Positions 9,326-17,381 of a stretch of DNA of 64,000 bases are shown here, in pieces (position 1 is the first letter of the stretch; each line of letters opens with the position of its first letter). The notes under the pieces were generated by a model that saw only the letters and a program-made list of their open reading frames with translations, searched no databases and was not told the DNA's origin. Both the position numbers and the translations under genes were made by a program. The stretch is from NCBI GenBank assembly GCA_023253175.1, contig JALRHH010000001.1, forward strand, positions 364,020 through 428,019, written 5' to 3'. This stretch comes from Candidatus Saccharimonadia bacterium (GTDB taxonomy: Bacteria > Patescibacteriota > Saccharimonadia > Saccharimonadales > JALRHH01).

Positions 9326-9727
9326 ATGAAATTATTTTTAGCACTATATGGGATTGCGGCCAGCATCTTTGTAATCATCGATGCAATTTGGCTATCGCTC
9401 ATTGCGAACAGTTTTTACAAAGAAAAGCTCGGCAAACTACTAGCAGAAAAACCTTCACTCGGCGCAGCGGCTATTTTCTATGCACTGTACATTATTGGTC
9501 TCGTGATTTTCATTATCAAGCCAGGCATTGATCAATCACTTACAACCGTAGCCTGGAAGGGTGCGCTGCTTGGACTGATCATGTACGCAACCTATGACCT
9601 CACCAATCAAGCCACCCTCAGAGATTGGCCCACATCAATTACAATCGTTGATTTGATCTGGGGAACATTCATTACTGCCACAGTGAGTGTGTTAACAGTC
9701 CTTATTTACACCAGAATTTTTGCCTAA
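9326..9727 (+). CDS. DUF2177-like small membrane protein
   Basis: 133 aa with 4 helices, IIDAIWLS...YDLTNQATLRDWP. Tightly packed with the two preceding genes. Confidence 0.7.
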   Translation: MKLFLALYGIAASIFVIIDAIWLSLIANSFYKEKLGKLLAEKPSLGAAAIFYALYIIGLVIFIIKPGIDQSLTTVAWKGALLGLIMYATYDLTNQATLRDWPTSITIVDLIWGTFITATVSVLTVLIYTRIFA

Positions 9728-10431
9728 GAAATTACGGTACCGATTTTTTCGCCTGCAGCAAGTTTGGCAATATTACCAGGCACATTTGAATCGAGCACCA
9801 CAACAGGCATATGCTGTTCCATCGCAAGACCAATTGCGGCCTTATCCATCACCTGAATGTTTTCATTTTCAACGGCCTGCTGGAAGCTCAGCTCGTCATA
9901 CTTAACCGCGTCCGAGAATTTAGCAGGATCTTTGTCATACACACCATCAACCTTTGTCGCCTTAATAACCGCATCACAGCCTAGCTCTAGGCCAAGGTTA
10001 ACCGCAGCGGTATCATGCGTGAAATAGGGGCGCCCGATACCCCCTGCAATAATGATTACTTTACCGCTGGCCAGATGCTTTTCAGCGCGCCGAAACGAGT
10101 AGTGCTCTGCAACTTGATCAGCAAAAATATTACTGAGACAGCGTGTCTCTAGGCCATTTGCTTCGAATACATCAGTTAATGCCAGTGCATTAATAAGACC
10201 GCTAAGCATGCCCATGTGATCGGCAGTAACGCGGCGAATGCCATTGCCAGCGACCTGTGATCCACGGACTAGATTACCCGCACCTGCAACAACCACAATT
10301 TGCGTGCCAGTTGTCACCGCAGCCTTAATTTCATTTGCAAAATAGTCCGCGACTGAAGGGTCAAATCCGGTACCGTGCTCCCCAGAGAGCTGTTCACCAG
10401 ATATTTTCAGTAGTAGCCGCTTATACGCCAT
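9724..10431 (-). CDS. pyrH: UMP kinase
   Basis: MAYKRLLLKISGE..., GAGNLVRG, IIAGGIGRPYFTHDTAA. The track ORF extends to a GTG at 10449. I prefer the ATG at 10431. Confidence 0.93.
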   Translation of the reverse strand: MAYKRLLLKISGEQLSGEHGTGFDPSVADYFANEIKAAVTTGTQIVVVAGAGNLVRGSQVAGNGIRRVTADHMGMLSGLINALALTDVFEANGLETRCLSNIFADQVAEHYSFRRAEKHLASGKVIIIAGGIGRPYFTHDTAAVNLGLELGCDAVIKATKVDGVYDKDPAKFSDAVKYDELSFQQAVENENIQVMDKAAIGLAMEQHMPVVVLDSNVPGNIAKLAAGEKIGTVIS

Positions 10432-10466
10432 TGAACGATAGTGTACCACAACCTATACTATTAGCT

Positions 10467-11258
10467 ATGAAGATTTACTCGTGGAATGTAAACGGCATCC
10501 GTGCAGTCGTCAAAAAAGGCACGTTTCAAGAATTTATAGCCAAGCACCAGCCAGATATTTTGTGTCTACAGGAAACCAAGGCAGAGCAGGGACAGGCAGA
10601 GGTGGACCTGTCCGGCTACGAAGAATACTGGAATTCATCCCAGAACAAAAAGGGCTACAGCGGAACCGCGATATTCACCAAGATCAAGCCAATCGCAATT
10701 ATCAACGACATTCCGAAAGAGTTCGCAGAGAAGAGTGGGCTCATTGCTGATGGCTACGGCGACGCCAACCAAGAAGGCCGCGTGATTGCAGCGGAGTTTG
10801 ACGACTACTACGTTGTTACCGCGTACACGCCGAATGCTAAAGATGGCCTGGCGCGCATCGACCTGCGCCAAAAATGGGACCAAGCCATGATCATGTACTG
10901 CGCCGATTTGCGAACCAAAAAGCCCGTCATTTACTGCGGCGATATGAACGTTGCGCACACAGAAGATGACCTTGCCAATCCCAAACCAAACCGCGGCAAA
11001 AAAGGTTTTAGCGACGAAGAGCGATCTGGCTTTGACGACTGGCTGGCGGCTGGATTTATTGATACGCTGCGTCAGTTTAAACAAGGAAATGGCTTTTATA
11101 CATGGTGGAGTCACTTTGCAAATGCAAGGGCCCGGAACGTCGGCTGGCGCATCGACTACTTCCTGATTTCTGACAGCCTAAAGCCGCAGCTTAAAGATGC
11201 CCAAATCCACCCAGACGTCATGGGATCTGACCATTGCCCAGTAAGTATTGAGGTATAG
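10467..11258 (+). CDS. xth: Exodeoxyribonuclease III
   Basis: MKIYSWNVNGIRA, LCLQETK, GDMNVAH, SDHCPV. The track ORF start at 10335 would overlap pyrH, so I use the ATG at 10467. Confidence 0.92.
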   Translation: MKIYSWNVNGIRAVVKKGTFQEFIAKHQPDILCLQETKAEQGQAEVDLSGYEEYWNSSQNKKGYSGTAIFTKIKPIAIINDIPKEFAEKSGLIADGYGDANQEGRVIAAEFDDYYVVTAYTPNAKDGLARIDLRQKWDQAMIMYCADLRTKKPVIYCGDMNVAHTEDDLANPKPNRGKKGFSDEERSGFDDWLAAGFIDTLRQFKQGNGFYTWWSHFANARARNVGWRIDYFLISDSLKPQLKDAQIHPDVMGSDHCPVSIEV

Positions 11259-11633
11259 ATGAGCGACGTAACCTTCAAGGAAATTGCCGACCTTATTCAG
11301 AAACACCTGGAAGAACGTGGCTGGGAGCATAATCCACCGCGCGGACTGGCAACATCCATTGCCCTAGAAGCCAGTGAACTACTGGAACACTATCAGTGGT
11401 CAGACAAACCGGTAGGGAACAAAGACGAGCTCGCAGGCGAGCTTGCCGATATTTTCATATATGCATTCCAGTTCGCCCAGGTAAACAACATCGATATACC
11501 AGCAGCTATCACTAAAAAACTGGCAGAAGCAGCCAAAAAATATCCAGCAGAAAAATTCAAAGGCAAAGATATGGCCCAGCAGCGTGCAGCCTGGATCGAG
11601 GCTAAGCTAAATCACAAGAAACAGGGACTATAA
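11259..11633 (+). CDS. MazG-like nucleotide pyrophosphohydrolase
   Basis: EASELLEHYQW...ELADIFIYAFQFA fits the all-alpha NTP-PPase (EExE...D) layout. Confidence 0.8.
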   Translation: MSDVTFKEIADLIQKHLEERGWEHNPPRGLATSIALEASELLEHYQWSDKPVGNKDELAGELADIFIYAFQFAQVNNIDIPAAITKKLAEAAKKYPAEKFKGKDMAQQRAAWIEAKLNHKKQGL

Positions 11634-12115
11634 TGGCAGAATTGCATCCAGACATCAGGCGTACGTTAGTATTTTTCCGAAAGGATGATCAGATACTGCT
11701 TGCCATGAAAAAACGCGGCTTTGGCGCTGGCAAATGGAACGGTGTTGGCGGCAAGATTGAGGCAGGTGAAACCATTGAAGAGGCACTTGTCCGCGAGAGC
11801 GTGGAAGAAGTTAGCATGAAACCGTTGTCATGGAAAAAGGTAGCCGAACTGGACTTTATTCAAGATGCCGAGACCGACCCATGGCATATGTACGTCCATG
11901 CCTACATCTCAGAAGAGTGGGAAGGCGAGCCCACAGAGAGTGAAGAGATGAAACCACAGTGGTACAAGATTACAGACATACCATATAGTGACATGTGGGA
12001 CGATGACGAATTCTGGGTACCAAGAATACTCGCAGGCGAAACAGTATTTGGCAATTTCACCTTTAATGAACACGATATAATGACGTCACACGCTATTAGG
12101 CAAGCTGATTTTTAG
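11633..12115 (+). CDS. NUDIX hydrolase (MutT-like)
   Basis: Nudix box GGKIEAGETIEEALVRESVEEVS. Confidence 0.85.
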   Translation: MAELHPDIRRTLVFFRKDDQILLAMKKRGFGAGKWNGVGGKIEAGETIEEALVRESVEEVSMKPLSWKKVAELDFIQDAETDPWHMYVHAYISEEWEGEPTESEEMKPQWYKITDIPYSDMWDDDEFWVPRILAGETVFGNFTFNEHDIMTSHAIRQADF

Positions 12116-12359
12116 GTAAAAGTGGCGGATCATAATTCCAGCGATCTAAAATATTCGCAGGAAGGCCAGGCGACGCCAATATAAACTCTCCAGCATTCGC
12201 ATCCCTCAGCTCCACTGCAACAGAAGCACTAAATGCCACCATTCCAATATAGGTGTGGACAATATCGCCATACGATTTGCCAGTGTATTCACTGATTACG
12301 TCCTCGATGGGTTCACTCAGTTTGCTTGCGGCAGGTAGGCTAATTCGATTAGTCCGCAC
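12096..12359 (-). CDS. Hypothetical protein; possibly the 3' half of a frameshifted gene
   Basis: 87-aa ORF whose 5' end overlaps the 3' end of the 12317..12733 ORF by 43 nt, in a different frame. Confidence 0.4.
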   Translation of the reverse strand: MRTNRISLPAASKLSEPIEDVISEYTGKSYGDIVHTYIGMVAFSASVAVELRDANAGEFILASPGLPANILDRWNYDPPLLPKNQLA

Positions 12360-12733
12360 TGATCCTTAAAACCCTGCAGTACGTGCCAGCTCTCATCCAA
12401 GGCAGTAAGGATATTTTCACCCCGTGCGACCCTGCCCAGTAAAAACCCATGCTGTGCTAATGACGTAGATTCGAGTATCAATCTTCCAAGCGCAAGGCTC
12501 TTGGTCTCATCTTTGTTCTCATCAAATAATAAATCTATGTTCCGCCGAAACTCGTTCATATTTTTGGGGATCTGGGTTTTATATAGTGGTTGGCTTTTTT
12601 GGTAAGCACTGTTGCGGTGGAGCCCATTTCTCCGCTGTGGCCGTGCAATACTTTCTACATGTAACCATTCCTCAACAAGATCCAACCCGCGCCGTTCGTG
12701 CAATTTTATATATTTATTGTTTTCTGTTGCCAT
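12317..12733 (-). CDS. Hypothetical protein; possibly the 5' half of a frameshifted gene
   Basis: 138-aa ORF. No family recognised. Confidence 0.5.
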   Translation of the reverse strand: MATENNKYIKLHERRGLDLVEEWLHVESIARPQRRNGLHRNSAYQKSQPLYKTQIPKNMNEFRRNIDLLFDENKDETKSLALGRLILESTSLAQHGFLLGRVARGENILTALDESWHVLQGFKDQCGLIELAYLPQAN

Positions 12734-12764
12734 TATATTCTAATTATATCATAATTAGTCAAGT

Positions 12765-13553
12765 ATGTCTATGAACTATTGGATGAAACAAGAGGCAGAA
12801 ACGTCACTTTTTCCGGATCTTGCGTGGAGCAAGCCAGAAAATAAAATGCACGCCGGCAAGCTGCTAATTATTGGCGGTAATCTTCATGGCTTTTCAGCGC
12901 CAGCAAATGCTTTTAACGCCGCAGAGAAAGCAGGCATTGGGATGACGCGCGTATTACTACCAAATGCCATCCAGAAATCTGTTAAGACTTTTATGCCGGA
13001 AGCAGACTTTGCGCCAAGTACGCCAAGTGGCAGCCTTGCGACCACAGCGCTTGATAGCCTCCTTGAAAATGCGGCTTGGTCTGATGCAGTCATGATCGCC
13101 GGTGATCTGGGTCGAAACAGTGAAACCGCCGTACTGCTTGAATTATTCATCAGCAAGTACAGTGGACTACTCAGTATCACCAAGGATACGCTTGATTACC
13201 TCGTAGAAACACCGAACCTCATCATAGATCGAGAAAACACCACTATTACCGCCAGCTTTGCGCAGCTGCAAAAGCTTTTCATAACAAGCAAATCACAGCA
13301 GGCACTGACGTATGATATGGGGCTCGTTCGGCTCGTGGATGCGCTACATGAGTTTACGCAAGCGTATCAAATTCACATTATCACCAAATATCACGATGCC
13401 TATGTCGTAGCCGTGAACGGCCAGGTGAGTACAACTAAAGAGCCTTCGCCCAGAGAAATCTGGCGGGTCGATACCGCAGCTGCAGCGACTGTTTGGTGGC
13501 TGCAGCATGCCGCAAAACCGTTCGAGGCTCTCACGACCTCGCTCGTCAACTAG
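12765..13553 (+). CDS. YjeF_C / NAD(P)HX-dehydratase-like carbohydrate-kinase-fold protein (divergent)
   Basis: GKLLIIGGNLHGFSAPANAFNAAEKAGIG and IAGDLGRN resemble the NnrD N-terminal and middle motifs. The C-terminal GxGD motif is not obvious. Confidence 0.5.
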   Translation: MSMNYWMKQEAETSLFPDLAWSKPENKMHAGKLLIIGGNLHGFSAPANAFNAAEKAGIGMTRVLLPNAIQKSVKTFMPEADFAPSTPSGSLATTALDSLLENAAWSDAVMIAGDLGRNSETAVLLELFISKYSGLLSITKDTLDYLVETPNLIIDRENTTITASFAQLQKLFITSKSQQALTYDMGLVRLVDALHEFTQAYQIHIITKYHDAYVVAVNGQVSTTKEPSPREIWRVDTAAAATVWWLQHAAKPFEALTTSLVN

Positions 13554-14104
13554 CGACTCTTAACCAGCAGGGAATCCATATGCTTAAAAAGATCTTGGCC
13601 GAGTCGGGCAAGCTCTGATTGGTAGAATTTCCAAATAACCTCCGCATCATCGAGTGCCCGGTGACGGTTCTCAACGGAAATACCGAGTCGTTCGATAACT
13701 TTGTCCAGGCGGTGGCTGCGGTGCTCTGGATATAATTTACGGGACAAGCGCGCACTGCACATTCGGTCCATCGAAAATGCATTGCCAATACGGGCAAACT
13801 CCGCCTGTATAAATCTGTAATCAAAGTTTACATTGTGTGCCACAAAAATTGCATCAGACAAAAATAGCTCAAGATCATCGGCGATGCCTTTGAATGTCGG
13901 CGCCTCCCAGACCATATCATTGCTGATGCCTGTCATGTTTGTAATAAATGCTGGTATTGGCTGTTCAGGGTTAATGAGCTGGCTGTATTTCGCTACAACC
14001 TGATTATTCTCAACACGGAGCGCACCAATCTCGGTAATGCGCGACTGCGCAGGGCCCATTCCCGTTGTCTCGATATCTAAAAATATAAGTGGTTTATGCG
14101 TCAT
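13550..14104 (-). CDS. DEDDh 3'-5' exonuclease (DnaQ/epsilon-like)
   Basis: Exo I IFLDIETTG, Exo II FVAHNVNFD, Exo III HRALDDAEV. Confidence 0.85.
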   Translation of the reverse strand: MTHKPLIFLDIETTGMGPAQSRITEIGALRVENNQVVAKYSQLINPEQPIPAFITNMTGISNDMVWEAPTFKGIADDLELFLSDAIFVAHNVNFDYRFIQAEFARIGNAFSMDRMCSARLSRKLYPEHRSHRLDKVIERLGISVENRHRALDDAEVIWKFYQSELARLGQDLFKHMDSLLVKSR

Positions 14105-14109
14105 AAAAC

Positions 14110-14658
14110 TTAGGCGTGTATTCCGGTTTGGCCATCTTTGACACTTGTAACGCCAAGCTTGTGCTCAAGGTATACGACGGTCGGTAAATTAAGGAGATGG
14201 AATTTGACGGTGTAACGTCCAAGATTTAGTCCGATCTCTGGATTAATGCCACGGTCAGCCGCACGCATCTCGAACGGCTTGCCATCGTATTTCTTGAGGA
14301 ACGTTGGAATATCGTCATATAGCACAAACTCGATATGCTCCAGACCTTCTTCATGGACGGCGCCTTCTTTTGGGGCAGGCAATTCTATTGCATCGATGCG
14401 CCAATTTGCATGCCTGATAGGTTCTTTCAGCCTAAATGTGCAAATTGGGCGGCCGTTAATTTCCGTCTCACCAAGTAGTGATGCAACTTCCGAAAGCTCA
14501 GCCTTTTTCTGCTCATAATTTTCCAGTGAAGTTGTGCGGTAACAGGCATGGTCAATCTGCACAAAGTCGGACAACTCGAACCCCTCGGCCTCTGTCTGCG
14601 CCAAAATCTCACTCAGAAAAGTTTGATAGTCCCCAATAATTTCTTCGAGCATTTTCAT
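14110..14658 (-). CDS. YecM-like VOC-fold protein
   Basis: 182 aa. IDHACYRT...LEHIEFV resembles the YecM family. Weak assignment made by eye. Confidence 0.45.
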   Translation of the reverse strand: MKMLEEIIGDYQTFLSEILAQTEAEGFELSDFVQIDHACYRTTSLENYEQKKAELSEVASLLGETEINGRPICTFRLKEPIRHANWRIDAIELPAPKEGAVHEEGLEHIEFVLYDDIPTFLKKYDGKPFEMRAADRGINPEIGLNLGRYTVKFHLLNLPTVVYLEHKLGVTSVKDGQTGIHA

Positions 14659-14707
14659 ATACGTATCATAGCAGATACCTACGTATCAGATCAGTCTAAC
14701 TCCCACG

Positions 14708-15169
14708 TTATTTTCTTTTTGAAAGTGGGGCAGTTGAGGCAGCAATGCCGATAGCAACAGCGATCACGACTGCGTTCTTGATGATGTACTGTCCTTCGAG
14801 CGTCGGTACCAGTAAGGACTGCCATGTATGTTCGGGTACCAATACAAGCGGCGAACAAACGATTGCCATATGAAGGAGCAGTAGCGGCACAACGATTCTT
14901 GTAAGCCTCGGGAATAGAAACAGTAACCCCACGATACATTCCAAAACTGCAATTACATAAAACAGTGGCTCAAAATACTGAGCACCGACCGTTTTCGCAG
15001 TCAGCGCCTGCGCAAGTGGACTTGCCGGGCTTAAGCCCAGTAGTTTTATAAGCCCAAACCAAAAGAAAATAAGAAACACCGAGAAACGGGCAACTGGATT
15101 AAACGTGCGTCCAAAAAACGCAATTAATCTCAAATCAAGACTGTAAATATCCAGCTTTTTGTGTTTCAT
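14708..15169 (-). CDS. Small integral membrane protein (DoxX/DUF417-like)
   Basis: 153 aa with 4 hydrophobic helices. Confidence 0.55.
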   Translation of the reverse strand: MKHKKLDIYSLDLRLIAFFGRTFNPVARFSVFLIFFWFGLIKLLGLSPASPLAQALTAKTVGAQYFEPLFYVIAVLECIVGLLFLFPRLTRIVVPLLLLHMAIVCSPLVLVPEHTWQSLLVPTLEGQYIIKNAVVIAVAIGIAASTAPLSKRK

Positions 15170-15183
15170 CTTACAGAGCTATT

Positions 15184-15213
15184 AAAACAAAAACACTCTG
15201 CTTTCGCAAAGTG
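15184..15213 (-). terminator. Rho-independent terminator closing the tRNA-Leu transcription unit
   Basis: On the minus strand, CACTTTGC-GAAA-GCAGAGTG is followed by TTTTTGTTTT. Confidence 0.8.
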
Positions 15214-15221
15214 CTTATGCT

Positions 15222-15338
15222 TGGTACCGCGGGCCGGACTTGACCTACCTTCGGCAGGCCCGAAATTTCGCCATTGAAAACAAGTTTTCATCGGAAAGTT
15301 TCCTTGCAGATTGCCACAGGCAATCTTCACAGCACGAG
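15222..15338 (-). repeat. Structured repeat, copy B, ending in a tRNA-like T-loop/acceptor/CCA
   Basis: On the minus strand: GTGAAGATTGCC-TGT-GGCAATCTGCAAGG, a hairpin tipped by TGAAAACTTGTTTTCA (15275-15290), GGCCTGCC-GAA-GGTAGGTC, then AAGTCCGGCCCGCGGTACCA. Confidence 0.7.
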
Positions 15339-15408
15339 CTAATGCTCACTGGATTTTGACGTTTACGGCACAACCTTCGGGTTGTGCGCCCTGGCGTTTA
15401 AAAATATG

Positions 15409-15493
15409 TGGTGGGCGAGGAGGGACTTGAACCCTCAATCCGTAAGGAACGCGATTTTGAGTCGCGCGCGTATACCAATTCCGCCACTCGCCC
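15409..15493 (-). tRNA. tRNA-Leu (anticodon CAA), CCA encoded
   Basis: GGGCGAG-TG-GCGGAATTGGTATACGCG-CGCGA-CTCAAAA-TCGCG, variable arm TTCCTTACGGATT, T-arm GAGGG-TTCAAGT-CCCTC, then CTCGCCC-A-CCA. Confidence 0.95.
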
Positions 15494-15514
15494 ATCATAT
15501 ATTTTTAAAATACT

Positions 15515-15552
15515 GCCCTGGCGGTATTGTCTACCAATTCCACCACCGCGGC
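15515..15552 (-). pseudogene. tRNA-Leu-like 5' fragment (acceptor 5' strand plus D-arm)
   Basis: The minus strand reads GCCGCGGTGGTGGAATTGGTAGACAATACCGCCAGGGC. GTGGTGGAATTGGTAGAC matches the intact tRNA-Leu (GTGGCGGAATTGGTATAC) with 2 mismatches. GCCGCGG is complementary to CCGCGGT-A-CCA at 15222-15232. Confidence 0.55.
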
Positions 15553-15579
15553 TTACTCAGAATCTAACGGGACCATTTT

Positions 15580-15652
15580 ACTATAGAAGTTGAACGGAGG
15601 GAAATGAAGCTTGCTTCAATTTTCCGAGTACTACGACGTAAACGAAGTTATA
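15580..15652 (-). promoter_or_regulatory. Promoter/operator-like module, copy 1 (copy 2 at 61346-61421)
   Basis: On the minus strand, -35 is TTCATT (15603-15608), followed by 17 nt and -10 TATAGT (15580-15585). The near-palindrome GAAGCAAGCTTC overlaps -35. The module is about 85 percent identical to the copy upstream of ftsI. Confidence 0.5.
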
Positions 15653-15717
15653 AGTAATAGACATTCCATAGTACATACGCTTAAATTGCCTCTAATAAGA
15701 TATAATGTAAGTCAGAA

Positions 15718-16950
15718 ATGGCCACAAACCAAAGCGACAACGACCAACCCCAAGAACGGCACCTTTCTTCGCAGTCACGGAAGGTAGTAGAACCGTTGCC
15801 AAGTTCAAAAAGTGACAACCCAGCTGCTGATCTCATACGCCAGCGCCTCAATAGCTTATACACAGACGAACCGTCAGCTAAAGAAGAAATTGCAGAGGTC
15901 GAAGAAGTAAAGCACCGCTCAAAACACCAGCAGTTCATGTACGAACTCAGTCATTCCGGAAAATCTCTGGCGGAGATCCAGACACAGTGGCACGAATATT
16001 ACTCGGCACTTCCAAATGATGAAAAGCATGAGGTCTGGCAAGAATTCTACGTTAATCATGACAAGCAGCAGGCAGAGGCGAGCCATGACAAAACGCCAAA
16101 AGTCGTAGAAGCTGACAAGGCAATCGCAAAACCCCAGCACGAACCTAAACCGAAACTGTCTGATGCCAGAACCGTTACAGAAGTCAAAGAACAGCTGATC
16201 AGCAAAGTAACCGCTCGGGGCAAAGCCAAACGCAGTCACCATATTCAGTCACTCTTATTTGGTCTGGGAATGGGATCAATCACGCTGCTTATTTTCCTAT
16301 TTGGGTTCTTTAACGAACGATTTATTGCGCCCTTTATTACGCCAGCCAGAGCAGTCAGTTCAACCCCAATCATCATAGATCCGACGAGCGGGGCAGTAGG
16401 ACCAGAGTCCAAAATTATTATTCCCAAAATCAATGTAGAAATTCCGATTGATTTCGACGAGCCAACCATTAACGAAGACGCCATACAACGATCCCTTGAA
16501 AAAGGTGTCGTCCACTATCCAACGACTCCAGATCCAGGTCAAATAGGGAATGGAGTCATATTTGGGCACTCGGCTAATAACATCCTAAACAAGGGTAAAT
16601 ATAAATTTGCGTTCGTACTCCTAAAGCGTCTAGATAGTGGCGATGTATTCTATATCCAAAAAGACGGTAAGCGCTATGCATACAAGGTGTTTGAAAAGAA
16701 AGTTGTCGCCCCAACTGAAGTATCTGTGCTTTATCCGAGCTTCCCAGATAAACCCAGTACTTTTACGCTGATAACCTGTGACCCTCCGGGCACGAGTCTA
16801 AACCGTCTTATTGTTGTAGGGGAGCAGATATCACCTGATCCAGCGGCCAATGTTGCCAGTTCCGTCACAGGGCAGCAACAAGCCACACCAGAAGAGCTCC
16901 CGAGTAACTCCATAACACTCTGGCAACGTATCAAAAACATCTTCAGTTAA
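15718..16950 (+). CDS. Sortase-family transpeptidase with a long disordered N-terminal region and a TM anchor
   Basis: The C-terminal catalytic domain has IFGHS and the TLITCDP (TLxTC) motif. A TM helix precedes it (LLFGLGMGSITLLIFLFGFF). Confidence 0.85.
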   Translation: MATNQSDNDQPQERHLSSQSRKVVEPLPSSKSDNPAADLIRQRLNSLYTDEPSAKEEIAEVEEVKHRSKHQQFMYELSHSGKSLAEIQTQWHEYYSALPNDEKHEVWQEFYVNHDKQQAEASHDKTPKVVEADKAIAKPQHEPKPKLSDARTVTEVKEQLISKVTARGKAKRSHHIQSLLFGLGMGSITLLIFLFGFFNERFIAPFITPARAVSSTPIIIDPTSGAVGPESKIIIPKINVEIPIDFDEPTINEDAIQRSLEKGVVHYPTTPDPGQIGNGVIFGHSANNILNKGKYKFAFVLLKRLDSGDVFYIQKDGKRYAYKVFEKKVVAPTEVSVLYPSFPDKPSTFTLITCDPPGTSLNRLIVVGEQISPDPAANVASSVTGQQQATPEELPSNSITLWQRIKNIFS

Positions 16951-16995
16951 GGTATCGGGTTTTAAATATACGAGTAAGGGGAGTACTATTAAATC

Positions 16996-17379
16996 ATGGA
17001 AGTACACGGCACCAGAGACCAAGTATACATAGCACTCACAGAACCCCTCGAGGTTGATGCAGTCGCTGCTGCCACTAACTACTATATTGGGATCCATAAT
17101 CGAAATACATTCGGGTTAGGTCTTATAGGAAAAAGACGCTTATTTAAACTTGCCGAGAAGACCTTACACCATGGAGCATTCTCAAGAAATGAACTACCAT
17201 TGGAGCTCAACCTCAATGAAACCAAACTTGCAGTAAAAGCACTGACAAAAGTAAACGAACTCATCCAGAAAGCGCCTGAGCCACGGATCATACCATTCTC
17301 TCCCACGCTTGAAACAGTGATCAATGAATGTGTCGATACATATCGGCAGCAGACAGCACTCTTGGAGTCAAATCGCTAA
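16996..17379 (+). CDS. Hypothetical protein
   Basis: 127-aa ORF, convergent with the PEGA gene. No family recognised. Confidence 0.4.
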   Translation: MEVHGTRDQVYIALTEPLEVDAVAAATNYYIGIHNRNTFGLGLIGKRRLFKLAEKTLHHGAFSRNELPLELNLNETKLAVKALTKVNELIQKAPEPRIIPFSPTLETVINECVDTYRQQTALLESNR

Positions 17380-17381
17380 AA

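Noticed and set aside
15382-15593. Two ~61-aa plus-strand ORFs
   Set aside because: They lie antisense to tRNA-Leu(CAA) and the tRNA-like fragment. They are artefacts.
15603-15656. Short peptides with a GGAGG RBS encoded on the plus strand of the duplicated module (17 aa here, 19 aa at 61369-61428)
   Set aside because: The two copies differ by a 1-nt indel that changes the frame after 5 residues. Conservation is therefore at the nucleotide level, not the protein level.
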